A stretch of DNA of 63,308 bases, filler included. It is 4 parts of 4 records of this genome, joined end to end, with 100 filler letters (N's around TTAATTAATTAA, not from the genome) between each part and the next. Parts side by side here need not be neighbours in the genome. Positions count along the whole stretch, not along the records: positions 33,361 to 58,112 come from SRR31156797_1483; 3 more parts are not named here. The stretch is one strand, 5' to 3'. Shown here one piece after another: positions 39,454 to 49,229 of the stretch. Under the pieces are notes generated by a model. That model did no database searches, was not told where the DNA came from, and saw nothing but the letters and a program-made list of their open reading frames with translations. Every line of letters begins with the position of its first letter. Position 1 is the first letter of the stretch. Position numbers and translations under genes: made by a program.

Positions 39454-39519
39454 TGTTGTACGCCGCATGTTTCAAAAAGGTTTTATAAAATGTGGTATTT
39501 TAACACATTCCAAATAATA

Positions 39520-40695
39520 TTACAGTTTAAATTTTTGAATTTGTGCAATGGTTTTGTTGTATTCATATTCTATTTCTAAATACGTGTCGAAGCTATCGTA
39601 GTAATAAATGCTCTCCGTAAGGTATTCAATTCCTGATATTTCACCGAATTTTAGAGCTTTTTGCAATAATTGATCGTATTGCTTTTCGGAGAAGATTTTC
39701 TGGTACTCTTTTAAGCTTTTATCCAGACTTAAATAGTTGTGAAAAAGTTTTAAAAAATTATTTTCTTTTTCCATTTTTCCGATGTTATACTCTTCCTTTC
39801 TGAATTGCTCAATCAATTTAGCTTGTTTCACTTTGTGCTTATTTTCCCACAAGGGAATACTTAAACCCAATTTCATGCCATTGGCTTTTTTCATCAAATC
39901 CGAATTCAAATATCTGTAGCCAATACTAATTTTTGGTAATGATTTTGTTTTTACCAATGAAGTTTGTTTTGAAGCAATTATTTCGTTTGCACTTAATAAT
40001 TTTAGTTTGGGATCAGCATTTAATGATTCTTGTAAAAGCTCATTCATGTTTTCATTTAAACTAATATCTGGATATATTATAGAATTAATAGCTAATGATT
40101 TGCCTCCATTTAACTTTTTTAAATCCTCTTGAAGATTAAAAAATTTGGAAGTAAGCATTTTTAACTGATTCTGTGTATTTAAACGAAGCATTCTTATTTT
40201 GTTGACTTCAAGAATATTTGCATCACCTTCTTTCAATCTTTTTTCAAAATAATCATTCAATTGTTTAGAAGCAGCTAATCGCTTGTCTAGCTCCACTTTT
40301 TGCTTGTTGAAATAAATCAATTCTAAGCAAAGTAATTTTGCTTTTAATAGAATATTTTGTCTAAGCTCAGATCTGTAATTTTCTGAGTTAGCGATTTGTT
40401 CTTTTTTTAGTTGATTCTTATAAATATAGCTGGTTGGGAAATCAAAGCTTTGGCTTACCAATATTTCATATGGTTTACCTTCTTCCGAAGAAAAACTTTT
40501 TTCCCACTCGAACTCAGGATTAGCCAAATTGTTTTGAGCTTTGTATCCGAAGTTTTGAGCATCAAGATATTGTTTATGTGCTCTTAATTCAGGATTGTTT
40601 TTTTCAATAGTGGATAGAATTTCCTGAATTGTAGATTGAGCCATTCCTTGAAAGCTCAAACCTAATATAATTATTACTAATAAAGTTCTAAGCAT
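39520..40695 (-). CDS. TolC-family outer-membrane efflux protein
   Basis: IEKNNPEL, VSQSFDFP, LSIPLW and GEIS; last gene of the RND operon. Confidence 0.88.
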   Translation of the reverse strand: MLRTLLVIIILGLSFQGMAQSTIQEILSTIEKNNPELRAHKQYLDAQNFGYKAQNNLANPEFEWEKSFSSEEGKPYEILVSQSFDFPTSYIYKNQLKKEQIANSENYRSELRQNILLKAKLLCLELIYFNKQKVELDKRLAASKQLNDYFEKRLKEGDANILEVNKIRMLRLNTQNQLKMLTSKFFNLQEDLKKLNGGKSLAINSIIYPDISLNENMNELLQESLNADPKLKLLSANEIIASKQTSLVKTKSLPKISIGYRYLNSDLMKKANGMKLGLSIPLWENKHKVKQAKLIEQFRKEEYNIGKMEKENNFLKLFHNYLSLDKSLKEYQKIFSEKQYDQLLQKALKFGEISGIEYLTESIYYYDSFDTYLEIEYEYNKTIAQIQKFKL

Positions 40696-43600
40696 TTCCT
40701 TTGTTTTTAGAATTTAACAACAGATATACAATAGGAATAACATACACGTTAAGTAAGGTGGAAGTTAATAGGCCACCAAGAATAACAACAGCCATTGGAC
40801 TTTGAATCTCATTACCTGGTTCATCACCACCTAATGCCATCGGAATTAATGCTAAAGCAGCAGTTAAAGCTGTCATTAAAATTGGACTTAAACGGTGAAT
40901 AGAACCCTGAACAATGATTTCCTTAATTTCTAATCCTTTTCCTAACATGTTTTGGTAGTTCGAAATGAGTAGAATACCATTTCGGGTTGCAATACCAAAT
41001 AGAGTTATGAAACCAATAATAGCAGGAATGCTCAACATGCCTGAAGTAAAGTATATTGTAAAAACACCACCAATTAATGCAAGTGGAAGGTTTATTAAAA
41101 TAATACTAGCCAATTGGAATGAGCGGAATTCTTGAAATAACAGTAGGAATATGATTAAAAATGAAATTAATGAAGTTAAAGCTAGTGTTTTAGAGGCTTT
41201 TGCCTCACTTTCGAATTGTCCACCAAACTCAATTCTATATTCTTCAGGTATTTTGATGTCTTTATCAACGGCTGCTTTAATATCTGTTACAACCGATCGT
41301 AGATCTCTTTCAGCTACATTTGCCGAAACTACTAACTTTCTCTGTACATTTTCACGACTTACGGTGTTTGGTCCAGATAAAGATTGGATATCTGCAACAT
41401 AGCTAAAGGGAATTTTTTTGCCATCCCAGGTATCAATTAAAGCATTACGAAGAGCGGCAATGTTTCCACGATTCTCTTCATTGTATTTTACAACCAAATC
41501 AAAAGCTTTCACACCCTCGAAAACATCGGAAACTTTCTCTCCTGCAAAGGCAATATCAATAAAATCGGAAAATGTAGAAATGGAAATACCATACTTTGCC
41601 AACATATCTCGTTTAGGACGAATCTGAATTTGTGGAATTTCTACTTGTTGTTCCACATTAACATCTACAACGCCATCAATTGATTCAATCGACCCTTTTA
41701 TTTCATTGGCCATTTGGAACATTTTTGATAAATCGCTTCCAAATATTTTAATGGCAATATTTGCTTTGGTTCCCGATAAAATATGATCAATTCTATGACT
41801 CAAAGGTTGACCAATGGCAAAATTGACACCAGCAATCTGACTCAGTTTTTCTCTTACTTCAGCTAGAAATTCAGCTTTGGTTCGATCTGTTAAAGTAAAA
41901 GGAACTTCAATTTCAGAAGTATTTACACCAAAGGAATGCTCATCTAATTCTGCACGACCAGTTCTACGAGCTGTTAGTCTAGCTTCCGGTATGGTAAGTA
42001 GTGCTTCTTCAGCTAGAATTTTGATCTTATCAGATTCTTCAAGAGAAATTCCCGGTTTTGTAATCGCTGTAATTGTCAACGAACCTTCATTAAAATCAGG
42101 TAAGAAATTTCGCCCCAATCCACTCATGATAATTAGTGAAGCTATAAAAAGAATGGTAGCTGAGCTTAGAATAAGATATTTAAATTGAAGAGCTTGATTT
42201 AATGATTTCTCATAGATTTTATTCAAGTTTGAAACCAGCCAGCTTTCTTTGCTCTTTTTGTTAAGCATTTTATCACTGGTAAGCATAAAGCTACAAAGTA
42301 CTGGAGTAACTGTAAGAGCGGTGATTAGTGATGCAAACAATGAAACGATAAATGCGATACCTAATGGCTGAAGCATTCTTCCTTCCATTCCAGATAAGAA
42401 GAAAAGCGGTACAAAAGCTGCAATAATGATAAAGGTTGCATTAATAATTGAAGAACGAATTTCGCAAGAAGCACTGTAAATAACTTTTAGCGAATTCTCT
42501 CTTTTCTCTTTCGAAAGTTGGAAATTTTGTCGAAGTCTCTTATAAACATTCTCAACATCAATAATTGCATCATCAACAAGGTCACCAATAGCAATAGCCA
42601 TACCTCCCAAGGTCATGGTATTAATGGTAATACCCATTAGTTTTAGAGCAATAATGGTAAATAATAGAGACAATGGAATTGCCAAAAGAGAAATAACCGT
42701 TGTGCGGTAATTCATCAGGAATACGAAAAGGATAATGATCACAAAGATAGATCCTTCGTACAGTGCCTTTTTAACGTTTCCAATTGAATTATCGATAAAA
42801 TCGGCCTGGCGGAAGATATGAGTATTAACGCTTACATCTTCTGGTAAACCTTTCTTTATATCTTCAATGGTAGCATCTAGCTTTTCGGTAAGTTTTAAAG
42901 TATTTACGCCAGGCTGCTTTTTCACAGTTAATAGAACTGCAGCATTGGCATTAACACTTGCCAAACCAATTTTTGGTGCTGGAGCTTCAACAACATCAGC
43001 AATATCGCTAATGCGTACAGGTGCTTTTTTATAGACTTTGACTACAGAATTACCCAGTTTATTAATATCAGAGGTACGAGCAATTCCACGAATATTATAT
43101 TGGTTTCCAAATTCATTGATGAAACCACCAGCGGAATTTTGGTTCGTTGCATTCGCAGCTTTCATCAATTCATCCATGCTGATGTTGTAGTGACGCATCT
43201 TCTGTGGATTGGCTTGAATCTGGTATTGTTTGTAATCACCACCAGTTACAACTACTTGAGCCACTCCGTTAAGAGCAAGAATTTGCGGACGGATACTCCA
43301 ATCGGCTAAGGTTCTTAGGTCCATTGGAGAAGTTTTTTCTGCTTGCAGACCAATCATCATAACCTCACCCATAATGGATGATTGAGGAGCAAGGGTTGGA
43401 CTACCTGTTCCTTCAGGCAGAAGATCAGAAATAGCCATTAATTTCTCACTCACAATTTGTCGAGCCAGATAAATGTCAGTTCCCCATTCAAACTCTACCC
43501 AAACAATCGAGAATCCTGCCGAAGATGATGAACGTAATCGTCTGATATTAGTTGCGCCGTTAACGGCTGTTTCTATTTGAAATGTAACCAGTTTTTCTAC

Positions 43601-43780
43601 CTCTTCAGGTGCCATTCCATGTGCTTCGGTCATAACTACTACGGTTGGTGCAGTTAAATCCGGAAACACATCTACATCCATATTTGCTGTTGTGTAGCTA
43701 CCTCCAAGAATAAGGAGGAAAGCTGCAAACATCACCAATATACGGTTGTGTAGTGCGTATTGTATGATTTTATTTAACAC
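40688..43780 (-). CDS. CusA/CzcA-family heavy-metal RND permease
   Basis: VDVFPDL, APEEVEKLVT, AIAIGDLVDDAIIDVEN, GMEGRMLQPL, GIATRNGI and RLSPILMTAL. Confidence 0.93.
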   Translation of the reverse strand: MLNKIIQYALHNRILVMFAAFLLILGGSYTTANMDVDVFPDLTAPTVVVMTEAHGMAPEEVEKLVTFQIETAVNGATNIRRLRSSSSAGFSIVWVEFEWGTDIYLARQIVSEKLMAISDLLPEGTGSPTLAPQSSIMGEVMMIGLQAEKTSPMDLRTLADWSIRPQILALNGVAQVVVTGGDYKQYQIQANPQKMRHYNISMDELMKAANATNQNSAGGFINEFGNQYNIRGIARTSDINKLGNSVVKVYKKAPVRISDIADVVEAPAPKIGLASVNANAAVLLTVKKQPGVNTLKLTEKLDATIEDIKKGLPEDVSVNTHIFRQADFIDNSIGNVKKALYEGSIFVIIILFVFLMNYRTTVISLLAIPLSLLFTIIALKLMGITINTMTLGGMAIAIGDLVDDAIIDVENVYKRLRQNFQLSKEKRENSLKVIYSASCEIRSSIINATFIIIAAFVPLFFLSGMEGRMLQPLGIAFIVSLFASLITALTVTPVLCSFMLTSDKMLNKKSKESWLVSNLNKIYEKSLNQALQFKYLILSSATILFIASLIIMSGLGRNFLPDFNEGSLTITAITKPGISLEESDKIKILAEEALLTIPEARLTARRTGRAELDEHSFGVNTSEIEVPFTLTDRTKAEFLAEVREKLSQIAGVNFAIGQPLSHRIDHILSGTKANIAIKIFGSDLSKMFQMANEIKGSIESIDGVVDVNVEQQVEIPQIQIRPKRDMLAKYGISISTFSDFIDIAFAGEKVSDVFEGVKAFDLVVKYNEENRGNIAALRNALIDTWDGKKIPFSYVADIQSLSGPNTVSRENVQRKLVVSANVAERDLRSVVTDIKAAVDKDIKIPEEYRIEFGGQFESEAKASKTLALTSLISFLIIFLLLFQEFRSFQLASIILINLPLALIGGVFTIYFTSGMLSIPAIIGFITLFGIATRNGILLISNYQNMLGKGLEIKEIIVQGSIHRLSPILMTALTAALALIPMALGGDEPGNEIQSPMAVVILGGLLTSTLLNVYVIPIVYLLLNSKNKGNA

Positions 43781-43866
43781 TTTGTTTCTTTTAAATTAAT
43801 GATTGAAGATTGATTTATACTTTTACATCAATGCTTCGAAATACAATTGTTTTGAATTCAGAAATT

Positions 43867-45390
43867 CTAATGTTCATGTCCATGAGCAGGCAATGCACCA
43901 GCCAGTGAAGCCAATTTTACAAAGTATACTCCCTTGCTTACAACTCGTTCTCCGGCTTTTAGTCCACTTAGAATTTCTACTTCTTTGCCATTGTCTGAAC
44001 CAATTGTGACAAAGCGTTTTTCATAACTTTCACCTTCGGTTTGTACAAAAACGTAGAAAATGGATTGATCTTCAAGAATTGCAGATTTGCTCACACTTAA
44101 AACTTTGCGAGTACTCTCTGATTTTAAATAAACATCAATATAAGATCCCATATAGAGCTCTGGAACTTTGATGATTTCGAAATAAAGAGGTGTGGTGTAA
44201 TCATCTTCATGAATATCACGACCATAGGCAATTAGTTTTCCGCCTAAATCGTCTGTGTTATATATTTCATCTCGATATGGTAATTTAAAGTTTGCTGAGT
44301 GGATTTTTGAGAGTTGCGTTAAATGTTTTTGATACAAATCAGCTTTTAAAATTAGTGTTGTATTTCGATCTACAATACCAATTACCTGACCTTTTTCAAC
44401 GTATTCACCTTCCTTTACAAATACGTTGCAAACATATCCGCTAACAGGCGAAGCCACTTTAATTCCTTTGGTGCTATAATCTTTTGAAATCAACTGAAAG
44501 TTAATTTCTGCTTTTTCAAAATTTGCTTTGGCTTTATTAAATTCTCGTTTAGATATGATTTGATCTTCTGACAAAGATTTGGCTCTATCGTATTCTGCTT
44601 TACTTTTTTCATACTCAGAACGAGCACTTATAAAGCGACTGGTTAATGAGTTATCAGAAAGTCCGTCTCCCGAAATGTAGAAGATCGTTTCACCTTTGCT
44701 AACCGTTTTGCCATTTACAATATCCGATGACGGAATACGAACAATTCCACTTGATTTTGCTGAAATTCGAATTTCGCTGTTACTGGAAGCTATTAATTCA
44801 CCCGTAGTTTTAATTACCTTATTAAAAATATTATTCTTTACATCCTCAGTTCCAAATTCAATTTTCCACGCTTGTTCTTTTAAGAATGCAGTCTGATTTT
44901 CTTTTTTCAGTTCAGACATGGCTTTTGTGGCTTCCTTTTCGCTTGCGAATACTTGTATATTTTTCGCTTCGAATCTTTCCTTACCAAATTTTGAGTTTAC
45001 CTCAATTACCAGTGTGTACAAACCTGCAGTAGATGGTTTCAGACTTGGAGTAAATATTCCTGGCGAACTAGGAGCATCCACCGATTTACGAATTCCCTTA
45101 CTGCCTTTTATTAATGAGATACTCACTTTCCCTTCTGTATATGGTCGGTAAGTATCTAAACGAGTTAAATGAGTTAAAAATTTAGAAACCTGTCCTGCTA
45201 CTAAAGGATGAAATTCTGCAAATACTTCTGTTGTTTCAGAAAAAAGTGTTACTGTTTGATTGTTGTGATCTGCATGTGCTGCACCACCCGAAACTTCATC
45301 ATGAGAATGTCCATGTCCGGATTGTGTAGAGGGTTTGCAAGCTATTATTGATAGAGATAACCCGATGGCTATCAAATATATTTTATTCAT
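43867..45390 (-). CDS. RND periplasmic adaptor (membrane fusion) lipoprotein with His-rich ends
   Basis: Lipobox IIAC, GHGHSH, SPVSG...EGEYVEKG, EILSGLKAGERVV and C-terminal AHGHEH. Confidence 0.9.
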   Translation of the reverse strand: MNKIYLIAIGLSLSIIACKPSTQSGHGHSHDEVSGGAAHADHNNQTVTLFSETTEVFAEFHPLVAGQVSKFLTHLTRLDTYRPYTEGKVSISLIKGSKGIRKSVDAPSSPGIFTPSLKPSTAGLYTLVIEVNSKFGKERFEAKNIQVFASEKEATKAMSELKKENQTAFLKEQAWKIEFGTEDVKNNIFNKVIKTTGELIASSNSEIRISAKSSGIVRIPSSDIVNGKTVSKGETIFYISGDGLSDNSLTSRFISARSEYEKSKAEYDRAKSLSEDQIISKREFNKAKANFEKAEINFQLISKDYSTKGIKVASPVSGYVCNVFVKEGEYVEKGQVIGIVDRNTTLILKADLYQKHLTQLSKIHSANFKLPYRDEIYNTDDLGGKLIAYGRDIHEDDYTTPLYFEIIKVPELYMGSYIDVYLKSESTRKVLSVSKSAILEDQSIFYVFVQTEGESYEKRFVTIGSDNGKEVEILSGLKAGERVVSKGVYFVKLASLAGALPAHGHEH

Positions 45391-45516
45391 TGTTCTCAAT
45401 TTAAATGTGAAATTCAATTTTTTCGTTTGTAAGTGTCTTACTTGCAGTAGATATTTTGTTTTGGATGTGAAAAAGTAAAAGAGTAGGGAAGGCTTTTACC
45501 AACCCTATTCTATTTC

Positions 45517-45810
45517 TTAGTGTTTGTGGTCGTCACCTTCATGATCGTGATCGTGGTCATGTCCTTCATGTTCAGAATGAGTTTTAGAACTGTCAGCATC
45601 TACCGTAAATTCTTCCTGGTGATGATCATGTCCTTCAGTTCCGTGATCGTGACCTTCATGTCCTGAGTGATCGTGTCCCTCATGGTCATGCCCTTCGTGA
45701 TCATGTCCGTCATGCTGGTGAGTTTCTTCTTTTTTGGCTTTCTTTCCTGTGCTGTTGCACGAAGTGAAAACCAAACCACAAATTGCCAAAACAAATAATA
45801 CCTTCTTCAT
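45517..45810 (-). CDS. His-rich small lipoprotein
   Basis: Signal MKKVLFVLAICGLVFTSC; about 22 His in HDHEG-like repeats. Confidence 0.85.
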   Translation of the reverse strand: MKKVLFVLAICGLVFTSCNSTGKKAKKEETHQHDGHDHEGHDHEGHDHSGHEGHDHGTEGHDHHQEEFTVDADSSKTHSEHEGHDHDHDHEGDDHKH

Positions 45811-46014
45811 AAATTGAATTTTAGTTAGTCTTTGATCTGTTTAATCGAAACATTTCATAGAATCCTGATTATTTCAATTAACAAGACCAAAGTGCTTGTA
45901 TATAAATAATTAAAAGTATTCTGCGTGAAGATTAGGATAGTGTATAAGACCGTAAAAAACAATTCGGCATCATTTTTTAATGCATAAACTGTACTAAACA
46001 ATTTGCTTATATAA

Positions 46015-46422
46015 CTATGCTAAGTGTTGTGAAGGCGGACCTCTCCTAAGAGGTGGTGATTTAAGTGGCTCAGGTATAAGTATACAGTTGTATACATTAA
46101 ATTGTTGTACTCTTTGACTGTCTTCTGAGTCCAGTTTTATTTCATCAGATTTTAGGAAAATCTGGTATTTTACTTCCTTTTGTACTCTGTTATGAGTGAG
46201 GATGCAGCAAGTTTCTTCAGTGGTATTGTGACTGTGATTCCAATGTAAACCACTATTACCGTGATTGTGAGAATGGGCATGTTGATGTACCTGAATTACT
46301 GATACATGATTGTTTTCTTGCTGATGAACGTGATGATTGTGAGGAATAATATCATGTGCTAGTAATACCAGCATAGGTATCACCATAATCAGGCACAATA
46401 TGTATTTTTTAAAACTCCTCAT
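46015..46422 (-). CDS. His-rich putative metal-sensing leader protein ending in an RGPP motif
   Basis: Hydrophobic N-terminus, HDIIPHNHHVH, CC pair and C-terminal PPLRRGPP. Confidence 0.75.
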   Translation of the reverse strand: MRSFKKYILCLIMVIPMLVLLAHDIIPHNHHVHQQENNHVSVIQVHQHAHSHNHGNSGLHWNHSHNTTEETCCILTHNRVQKEVKYQIFLKSDEIKLDSEDSQRVQQFNVYNCILIPEPLKSPPLRRGPPSQHLA

Positions 46423-46713
46423 TTAGTAATGTGTTGTGGACAAATATAATTTATCAGAATTTGATTTCCTATACCTAGATTAAGGTATTAATAAATCATT
46501 AACAAAAAAAATAAAAATATATTATTGAAATTGAGCTCAATAAGGCATGCTCCCTTGCGTTGGAATTGATTTGTAATATTATCAATTTTCTATTCTATTT
46601 CTGAATTCAAAACACTATGCTATTGTGATATTTGTTTGTGATGAATATTTTTTCACGACATAAAAAAACCGTGAAGAAGATCTCCACGGTTTGTATCTGA
46701 TAGATAAATTACC

Positions 46714-47040
46714 TTATGATTTTTTGCTGCAATCTTTTGCGCAATCGCCTTTACATTCCTTTTTAGTTTCAACTGTTGCAGCTGTCTCTTCAGCTTTGTG
46801 ACCTTTACAGCATTCTGTTTTAGTTTCTGCAGTAGCAGCATCTTTTGTGCACTCTGGTTTTGCAGTGTGTGTGCAACCTTTCGAACAATCAGACTTACAT
46901 CCTTCTTCTTTTTCAGCAACAACTTCAGTTTTGTCGTGTGGGCAACAAGCCTTTTCGTCTTTAGCAGCAGTTTTTGTTTTGTTTCCACAAGAGGTAAATA
47001 CGAATCCGCAGATTGCAATAGCAAATAATAATTTTTTCAT
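46714..47040 (-). CDS. Cys-rich metallothionein-like lipoprotein
   Basis: Signal MKKLLFAIAICGFVFTSC; 11 further Cys including a duplicated CC..H...CKxDCxKxC unit. Confidence 0.8.
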   Translation of the reverse strand: MKKLLFAIAICGFVFTSCGNKTKTAAKDEKACCPHDKTEVVAEKEEGCKSDCSKGCTHTAKPECTKDAATAETKTECCKGHKAEETAATVETKKECKGDCAKDCSKKS

Positions 47041-47360
47041 AGTGATATTAGATTTATGATTTGATTATAGTAATTCTTTAATTGGTTTCCTAAGGCTAAT
47101 TAGGAATCGTGAATATATCTGATAATTGCGGTATTTGCAATAGGCAAAATAAACTTATTTAGAAAAAAGAACACCTTCTATCTTTTAGTAAAGATGGTGT
47201 TTGTACGAATAATGAATGGGAAATGTTTAAGATAATTTTGTGTAAGAGCTTGACATATAATTACAAATGTATTAAATTAGATTGTTGCATAATAATGGGT
47301 TACTCGTTAAATTGATAGTTAGACAGCATAAATTATAATGAAATTACTGTATTCTTCAAT

Positions 47361-47570
47361 AAATAGAGAGTAGGTAGCTTGAGGGAATAGATTTGTAACA
47401 TGAAGTCATGAATAAGTAACAAGAAGTAATTCATAGGTAACAGAAAGGAACGGATTAGTAATAAGAAGTTACGTGTAGGTAGCAAGAAGTAAGAGGAATG
47501 TATTGGAAAGGAATGAATTAGTAACAAAAAGGAATGTGTAGGTTGAGTAAAGGAAGACGAAAATAAGAAA
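47361..47570 (+). repeat. Degenerate tandem array, 21-nt period (3 x 7-nt subunits), about 10 units
   Basis: Units include AAGTCATGAATAAGTAACAAG, AAGTAATTCATAGGTAACAGA, AAGGAACGGATTAGTAATAAG, AAGTTACGTGTAGGTAGCAAG and AAGGAATGAATTAGTAACAAA. Confidence 0.85.
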
Positions 47571-47672
47571 ACGGATTGTGAAGTTGAGATTTATTAATGC
47601 GGAGGAGGAAGAGCAAATTTCGAATAATAATTGTTTAACCATCTAAATAATAATAATCAAACTAAAAGTAAA

Positions 47673-48440
47673 ATGGGAACTTATTTTAAATTCAAACGTG
47701 AAGAATTACCTGTCGTAGGTGATTTATTGCTAAGCTTATTACAAAGGGATTGTCTAAAATTCGAAGAATATTCCCCAAAATACAACGCTGATTTTATTGT
47801 ATCTGTAACCAATCAAATACAAAAAATTAAAGATCTAACTTCAACAAAATCATTAACTGGAGAAATCAAAACCATTACAAGTGAGTTGTATCAAAGTATG
47901 GATGATATGATTCCAAAGTTAAATTTATTGGCTAGCTATATACAGTCTGCGAATAAACAACTTGTGGTTAAGTATGCTGATTTTGGAATTAAAGAAGCAA
48001 GAAAAGACTTGAGAGTAAGAAATGTTGAGGCATACTGTGCTCATCATAAGGATATTGAACAAAATATCGAAAAAAATATAGAACAACTTAAAAGTGAAGG
48101 TTATAAAGAGGAGCTAGGGCTTGAAATTAAAACTGCCACAAAGGATATTTATGAGAAAAATCTGGAACAGGAAAAAAAACTAAGAGAACGTAAGGAGTAT
48201 GTTGCCGATAATATTGCTGAGTACGATGTGCTTTGGAAAATGCTTGCGGATATTTCGAAAAAAGGAAAGCTTGTGATGGCTCATGATAAACAAATGGCAG
48301 ATGAATACATGCTTACTCACATTTTGAAAAAAGCTCGTAAACCAGTTATTGCGGAAACGAAAAAGAAAAAAGTTGTAGCAGTTACAGAGAAAACAGAAGA
48401 AGCAAAAACTGAAGATCAGCCACAGGAGGTAGATGCTTAA
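47673..48440 (+). CDS. Hypothetical all-helical cytoplasmic protein
   Basis: Long ORF starting MGTYFKFKREELP; no signal peptide; charged low-complexity tail; followed by a terminator at about 48492-48526. Confidence 0.8.
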   Translation: MGTYFKFKREELPVVGDLLLSLLQRDCLKFEEYSPKYNADFIVSVTNQIQKIKDLTSTKSLTGEIKTITSELYQSMDDMIPKLNLLASYIQSANKQLVVKYADFGIKEARKDLRVRNVEAYCAHHKDIEQNIEKNIEQLKSEGYKEELGLEIKTATKDIYEKNLEQEKKLRERKEYVADNIAEYDVLWKMLADISKKGKLVMAHDKQMADEYMLTHILKKARKPVIAETKKKKVVAVTEKTEEAKTEDQPQEVDA

Positions 48441-48569
48441 ATATGAGACTTTATCTCCTTTGAGAGATGATTTATATCTTTAATTAATTCTAAAAAGACT
48501 GTCACTAATTATCGACAGTCTTTTTAAGTTCTGGAATGGTATTACTAAGTTTAATATGTATTGGTTTTA

Positions 48570-49229
48570 CTAGTAAACTTCATGACTGATTCTCTCTTTT
48601 AGCATTTTTGCAGGATTGCCAACATAAACACCCCAATCTTCGGTTTTTTGAGCTGTCAAACTTGCGCCCATAGCCAGTAAAGTGCCTTGTGCTAAATGCG
48701 AATAATCTCTGATTGTAGCATTTACTCCAAAAAAACAATGCGATTCAATTATACAATGCCCCGACATTACAACATGCGATGTGAAGAAAACATGATCTTT
48801 AATTTCTCCGTGATGACCTATGTGGTTTCCACTCCAAAGAACAACGTTGTTACCAATTTTGGTAAATGGTTGTATGGTGTTGTCTTCCAGAATAAAACAA
48901 TTTTCACCTATTTCATTATCACATACTGTGGCTTTCGAACTTATATAAGAAATGTATTCATAGCCTTTCTCTTTGCCTGCTAAATAAACTTGTTCTCTTA
49001 GGCGATTCATTTTCCTACCAGTCATAGGAGCAAAAAGCTTGTATTTTGTTGGTGGGTAGTCAATTTGAATTTCCTCGAATGGAACAACAGGTAATCCTTT
49101 GAATGTTTTTTCGGTTAAATATTCCTGATTAACTGTAAATGCGACAACCTCGTGCTCACTATCGTTTTCTAAATACCAATGAGCTAGTTCTGCTGTGTCT
49201 AAAACTCCGAAAATAATTACTTTAGCCAT
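48570..49229 (-). CDS. NeuD/PglD-family sugar O/N-acetyltransferase (hexapeptide repeat)
   Basis: IGENCFI, IGNNVVLWSGNHIGHH, FFGVNATI and YVGNPAK. Confidence 0.88.
   Translation of the reverse strand: MAKVIIFGVLDTAELAHWYLENDSEHEVVAFTVNQEYLTEKTFKGLPVVPFEEIQIDYPPTKYKLFAPMTGRKMNRLREQVYLAGKEKGYEYISYISSKATVCDNEIGENCFILEDNTIQPFTKIGNNVVLWSGNHIGHHGEIKDHVFFTSHVVMSGHCIIESHCFFGVNATIRDYSHLAQGTLLAMGASLTAQKTEDWGVYVGNPAKMLKERISHEVY

Noticed and set aside
45530-45715. DNA-level short repeats (GATCATG/GATCGTG)
   Set aside because: Explained by the HDHEG peptide repeats of the His-rich lipoprotein.
47333-47527. 64-aa minus-strand FLL-heptad ORF as a confident gene
   Set aside because: TTG start with no evident initiation context; the open frame may be a by-product of the purine-rich repeat. 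Kept only as a hypothesis in the finding.
47361-47570. Array as a CRISPR locus
   Set aside because: No invariant repeat with unique spacers, period too short, and no cas genes.
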